Assembly: GCF_049667265.1 (NCBI RefSeq)
Contig: NZ_JBATHX010000164.1
Coordinates: forward strand, 1 to 47,790
Source: Algibacter sp.
Lineage (GTDB): Bacteria > Bacteroidota > Bacteroidia > Flavobacteriales > Flavobacteriaceae
Direction of reading: 5' to 3'
Length of the DNA: 47,790 nt
The notes under the pieces: model-generated
Seen by the model: only the letters and a program-made list of their open reading frames with translations
Database searches by the model: none
What the model was told of the DNA's origin: nothing
Shown here: piece after piece, positions 45,001 through 47,790 of the stretch
Layout of the letters: every line of letters starts with the position of its first letter
How positions within the stretch are numbered: the first letter of the stretch is position 1
Program-made: the position numbers and the translations under genes

Positions 45001-45095
45001 CAACCATTGTAGTATTACAATCTGGAGCTAATAATATAAAATTAGAAACAACTGGAGAAAGTGGCCCTTATATCGACGAGTTGTTTGTAGATTAA
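42066..45095 (+). CDS. GH2 family glycoside hydrolase with DUF4982, Fn3/CHB-like and C-terminal CBM6/35-like domains
   Basis: VPHDWS, FDGVYMNSEVWVNG, NAIRPSHNP, RNHPSIFVWSLGNE, WTGFDYYGE, IKYTIDGSDP, GSGFVRF...GANNIKL..GPYIDEL. Confidence 0.93.
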   Translation: MKNILTFLVLTLSISYGNTQRSIINFNNNWQFIQEDNPSFSKVNIDDSKWQTLNVPHDWSFEKGVRKGGDQGQGGGYHDGGIGWYRKQFNVNKKSLSKTTYINFDGVYMNSEVWVNGNQLGKRPYGYISFRYNISKYLKKGENTIAIRVDNSLEPSARWYHPCGIYAPVKLIEVNPVHFKPNTIFITTPSIEAEVAMVNIAAEVNGSFKELAYQVKIFSPEGNLLNSKSEKITTSKNSIKLAVSNPQLWSPENPTLYKAVTKILDGKKVIDEVEITFGFKTVEWKTETGFWLNGDNVKLKGICEHWEGGPVGGAWTKPMLRWKLQLLKDMGINAIRPSHNPTPPMFYDICDEIGLLVMDEIFDGWHKKAPEDYGKQAFDEWWQRDVEEWITRDRNHPSIFVWSLGNETHSDVAPEMVKFGKSLDPTRLFTSGAGNPEDMDIQGVNGGSETKSFIEGKTFDKSFISTEAPHTWQTRGYYRTHTWWRDNELPGTYELPNLTEKEIFFYEGLNPKDWKNRKQRFNSSYDNATVRVSARKYWEVMRDTPWHSGHFRWTGFDYYGEAGLVHGGLPFNLFMGGALDVAGFEKDLYHFYKSQWTKEPMIHMLPHWTHPRMEKGTVIPVWVYSNADEVELFLNGKTLGKDKPGTVWNEMQCEWMVPYEEGKLEAIAYIDGKEVKRTSFTTSKQPTKLKTTLQKLKAEDGFAASYILTSESVDENNNFYPYGENKVYYNIQGDLEKVSIENGNPIDPTSRTKSDFRSLFFGKSRLFLEEKVNAVKTIIFTGSILGDKSLYVSDEITISVGQISILHNANTSDLEIKYTIDGSDPETNGISYKGAFKVSNGTTVKAIVKQNGITLFTMEERFGKDEGLFWGNEHAADMWIGRGVNISAEDGILEGGAKSDNDAHRYKGSGFVRFDGKEGAITWYQENDGEPGDYSIRFRYMHNNEGQLHPMKLYVNDEYISTLEFNATGGWEKEWKFVPTIVVLQSGANNIKLETTGESGPYIDELFVD

Positions 45096-45108
45096 ACAAA
45101 GAGAAGTT

Positions 45109-45195
45109 ATGGATTTGGTTTTATATATAATAGTAGTTTTATTGGTGTTAAACGTTTTGATATTTAAGTTTAGTTGCAATGATGATAACAAATAA
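45109..45195 (+). CDS. Putative 28-aa single-pass membrane small protein (MDLVLYIIVVLLVLNVLIFKFSCNDDNK)
   Basis: Fills the gap between GH2 (stop 45095) and GH106 (start 45220) on the same strand; strongly hydrophobic core. Confidence 0.45.
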   Translation: MDLVLYIIVVLLVLNVLIFKFSCNDDNK

Positions 45196-45219
45196 TTTTA
45201 ATTTTCAATTTTTAAAAAT

Positions 45220-47790
45220 ATGAGTAAGAGGCTGATTTTTTTAATTGTAGTTACTCTTTGTTTTTCCAAAGGGTTTGCACAATCTGAAACTAAACTAGGC
45301 GAGAATTATTATAAGAAAAAAAGTGCCCTTGTAAACGGTTTCCAAACTCCGCCACAAGAGTCAAAACCACGCACCTGGTACCATATTAATAGTAGTAATG
45401 CCTCCAAAGCAGGTTTTACCAAAGATTTAAAAGCCATAAAAGAAGCCGGTATTGGTGGCGTTCTGGTTTTTAACGTGTCTATGGGTTTACCAGAAGGAGA
45501 TGTTGCCTACAACTCTCAAGAGCATCGTGATATTTTATCACATGCCGCCAAAGAATGTGAAAAATTAGGATTGAGTTTTGGTGTTCATAATTGTGATGGT
45601 TGGACGTCTAGTGGTGGGCCTTGGGTAGCACCAGAACATGCTATGAAAGTGGTAGTAAATAGCCAAGTTATTGTAGAAGGAGGTAGCAATGTAAACATAA
45701 AATTACCACAACCACCTGCAAGACATAACTATTACAAAGATATTGCTGTTGTAGCGTATCCGGCTTTAGAAACTGAATTGATTGATAATAGTGTTAACCC
45801 AATTATTACCTCTTCAGATAAAGCGTTTAATCCAATATTAGCGACAGATAATCAAACAAATACACATGCCGATTTAAAAGCAAATGAGTGGGTACAATAC
45901 GATTTCGGAAAGCCACATACTATTCGCTCTATGTCGGTTTTTATTAATAAAAGAAAAGGTAAATTAACCTTATTAATATCGGATGACGGCATTAATTTTT
46001 CAGAAGCGCATCAACCTAATGAAGAGCGTATTGGTAAAGATGAATGTTATTTTTCAGAACATTTTGAACCTATCACAGCGCGCTATTTTAGAATAATTTC
46101 CGATTTAGATACCGGTATTTATGAAATGAATTTATCGGCAAATCATACCTTAGGTAATCAATTAGAATTTATATCATACAGAAAAAATAAACGTCCGATA
46201 GGAAACCCAGATGCAGAATCATATATCAAAAAAAGTGACATCATAGTTTTAACTGAAAAAATGAATGATGAAGGCGTTTTAAAAGTAAAATTACCTAAAG
46301 GAAATTGGACCATTATGCGTTTTGGTTTTACAGCATCAGGTGCTACTAACGAACCAGCTTCTGATGAAGGTACAGGACTTGAAGTAGATAAATTTAGTAA
46401 AGAAGCACTAAAAATTCATTACGATGCCTTTGTTGGAAAATTAGTAAAACAAGCCAAAATTGATGCGCCAAATGCGTTACAATATGTGGAAATTGATAGT
46501 TATGAAGTGGGGCCACAAAACTGGACAGATGATATGGAGCAAAAATTCCAAGAGCGTTTTGGATACGATTTTGCGCCCTTTTTGCCATTGTATGCTGGTA
46601 AATACATAGAAAATAACGATACCATTGAAGGTGTTTTTTGGGATATGAAACAATTAGTAAGCGACTTAATGGTTACTAACTATTTTGATTATTTCACAGA
46701 ATTATGCCATCAGGATGGTTTGATATCTTACATAGAACCTTACGGTTTTGTTGGGCCATTTAATAGTTTAGATGCCGGTAGAAGTGCCGATATTCCTATG
46801 GGCGAATTTTGGTTAGGCAAACCAAATAATCACAAACGTGCTGCAGTATCATCAGGACACATTTACGGTAAAAATGTGATTTCTGCCGAAGCTTTTACAA
46901 GTACAAAATTAAATTGGGGTTTTCATCCAGCTTTAGCCAAAGAAAAGGGTGATTACGAATGGACGAATGGTATTAACGAGTATATGTTTCATCGTTTTGC
47001 ACATCAATCCAATACGCATGTAAAACCAGGTATGAGCATGAGTTTTGTGGGTTCGCATATTGACCGCACGCAAACGTGGTGGGAAAATGCAGGTCCAGAA
47101 TGGTTTCAATATTTAGCAAGAGGCTCTTATATGTTACGCCAAGGGAATCCTGTAGTAGACTTATTAGTTTTTGTAGGCGATAGAGCACCAAGTCATGTTA
47201 TTCATGCTGCTCAAATGCGCCCCAAATTGCCAGGAGCTTATAAATACGATTGTGTTAATGCAGATGTAATTATTAATCGATTATCAGTAGAAAATGGCAA
47301 GCTAAAATTACCAAATGGTATTACCTACAATGCCTTGGTTCTACAAAGAAGCGATGTAATGAATCTAGAAACGCTAAAAGGTATTGCCAATTTAGCCGAA
47401 CAAGGTGCTATAATTATTGGGGAAAAACCTATTACTATGGGAGGTTATAATCACAGCCAAAAAGCGATTGATGAGTTTAAAATTCTTGTTGAAAAAATAT
47501 GGAAAAACCCTAAAGTGTATAGTGATATTCAATGGGAATCAATTTTTAAAGAAAACAACATTCAAAAAGATTTAATTGTTGAAGGACAACCTGATTTTAA
47601 TTACTATCACAGACGTTCTGATGACGAAGATATTTATTTTGTTTACAACCATAATCAAACAAAATCCGAAACGCTTAACTGTAGTTTTTTAGTAGATGGT
47701 AAAATACCTGAACTATGGAATTCAGAAACTGGAGAAATCACAAAACTAGCCGAATATAAGCACGAAAACGGTCGTACAAATGTTTCTATC
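45220..47790 (+). CDS. GH106 alpha-L-rhamnosidase (truncated by window end; missing from the ORF track)
   Basis: Translated by hand from ATG 45220: MSKRLIFLIVVTLCFSKGFAQ...FQTPPQESKPRTWYH...DLKAIKEAGIGG...HNCDGWTSSGGPWV...GLEVDKF...IDSYEVG...PMGEFW...HIYGKNVISAEAFT...FHRFAHQ. Confidence 0.92.
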   Translation, partial: MSKRLIFLIVVTLCFSKGFAQSETKLGENYYKKKSALVNGFQTPPQESKPRTWYHINSSNASKAGFTKDLKAIKEAGIGGVLVFNVSMGLPEGDVAYNSQEHRDILSHAAKECEKLGLSFGVHNCDGWTSSGGPWVAPEHAMKVVVNSQVIVEGGSNVNIKLPQPPARHNYYKDIAVVAYPALETELIDNSVNPIITSSDKAFNPILATDNQTNTHADLKANEWVQYDFGKPHTIRSMSVFINKRKGKLTLLISDDGINFSEAHQPNEERIGKDECYFSEHFEPITARYFRIISDLDTGIYEMNLSANHTLGNQLEFISYRKNKRPIGNPDAESYIKKSDIIVLTEKMNDEGVLKVKLPKGNWTIMRFGFTASGATNEPASDEGTGLEVDKFSKEALKIHYDAFVGKLVKQAKIDAPNALQYVEIDSYEVGPQNWTDDMEQKFQERFGYDFAPFLPLYAGKYIENNDTIEGVFWDMKQLVSDLMVTNYFDYFTELCHQDGLISYIEPYGFVGPFNSLDAGRSADIPMGEFWLGKPNNHKRAAVSSGHIYGKNVISAEAFTSTKLNWGFHPALAKEKGDYEWTNGINEYMFHRFAHQSNTHVKPGMSMSFVGSHIDRTQTWWENAGPEWFQYLARGSYMLRQGNPVVDLLVFVGDRAPSHVIHAAQMRPKLPGAYKYDCVNADVIINRLSVENGKLKLPNGITYNALVLQRSDVMNLETLKGIANLAEQGAIIIGEKPITMGGYNHSQKAIDEFKILVEKIWKNPKVYSDIQWESIFKENNIQKDLIVEGQPDFNYYHRRSDDEDIYFVYNHNQTKSETLNCSFLVDGKIPELWNSETGEITKLAEYKHENGRTNVSI

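Noticed and set aside
27..47191. Many 60-156 aa ORFs antisense to or nested in long genes (for example 4626-4937, 19752-20108, 27607-28077, 44468-44827, 46394-46588)
   Set aside because: Shadow ORFs overlapping well-supported CDSs, with no recognisable motifs.
1..47790. CRISPR arrays, tRNA/rRNA, transposases, integrases, phage or defence genes
   Set aside because: None seen. Long genes account for nearly all the sequence and the repeats are dispersed, not arrayed.

Overview
An AT-rich Bacteroidota (Flavobacteriaceae-like) window that is almost entirely one large polysaccharide utilisation locus (PUL), most likely for ulvan, the sulfated rhamnan of green algae. It encodes two ulvan lyases (a PL25-like lipoprotein and a PL24-like T9SS-secreted multidomain enzyme), a SusC/SusD pair and three S1 sulfatases. 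It also has two GH2, GH3, GH5, GH43, two tandem GH78 and a GH106 (running off the window end), RhaM, DUF1080 and ThuA-DUF1080 proteins, and several uncharacterised secreted proteins. Three things stand out. (1) A promoter architecture recurs upstream of about ten transcription units: a roughly 10-bp-period direct repeat (CAGGAYAC-like) followed in eight cases exactly 19 nt later by a Bacteroidota -7 element (TAnnTTTG-like). This defines a regulon whose regulator is not in the window. (2) That regulon includes a five-gene catabolic operon: a tartrate/isopropylmalate dehydrogenase-like enzyme with the catalytic Tyr replaced by Phe, a cyclase-family hydrolase, a DUF1537 acid-sugar kinase, an ACS-type MFS transporter and a D-apiose-dehydrogenase-like Gfo/Idh/MocA enzyme. 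It matches no pathway I know and is the best candidate for an undescribed system. (3) Four copies of a Flavo-1-like structured repeat, two carrying a GCCTGCCGGCAGGC palindromic insert. Family assignments rest on motifs and recalled sequences, not database searches.
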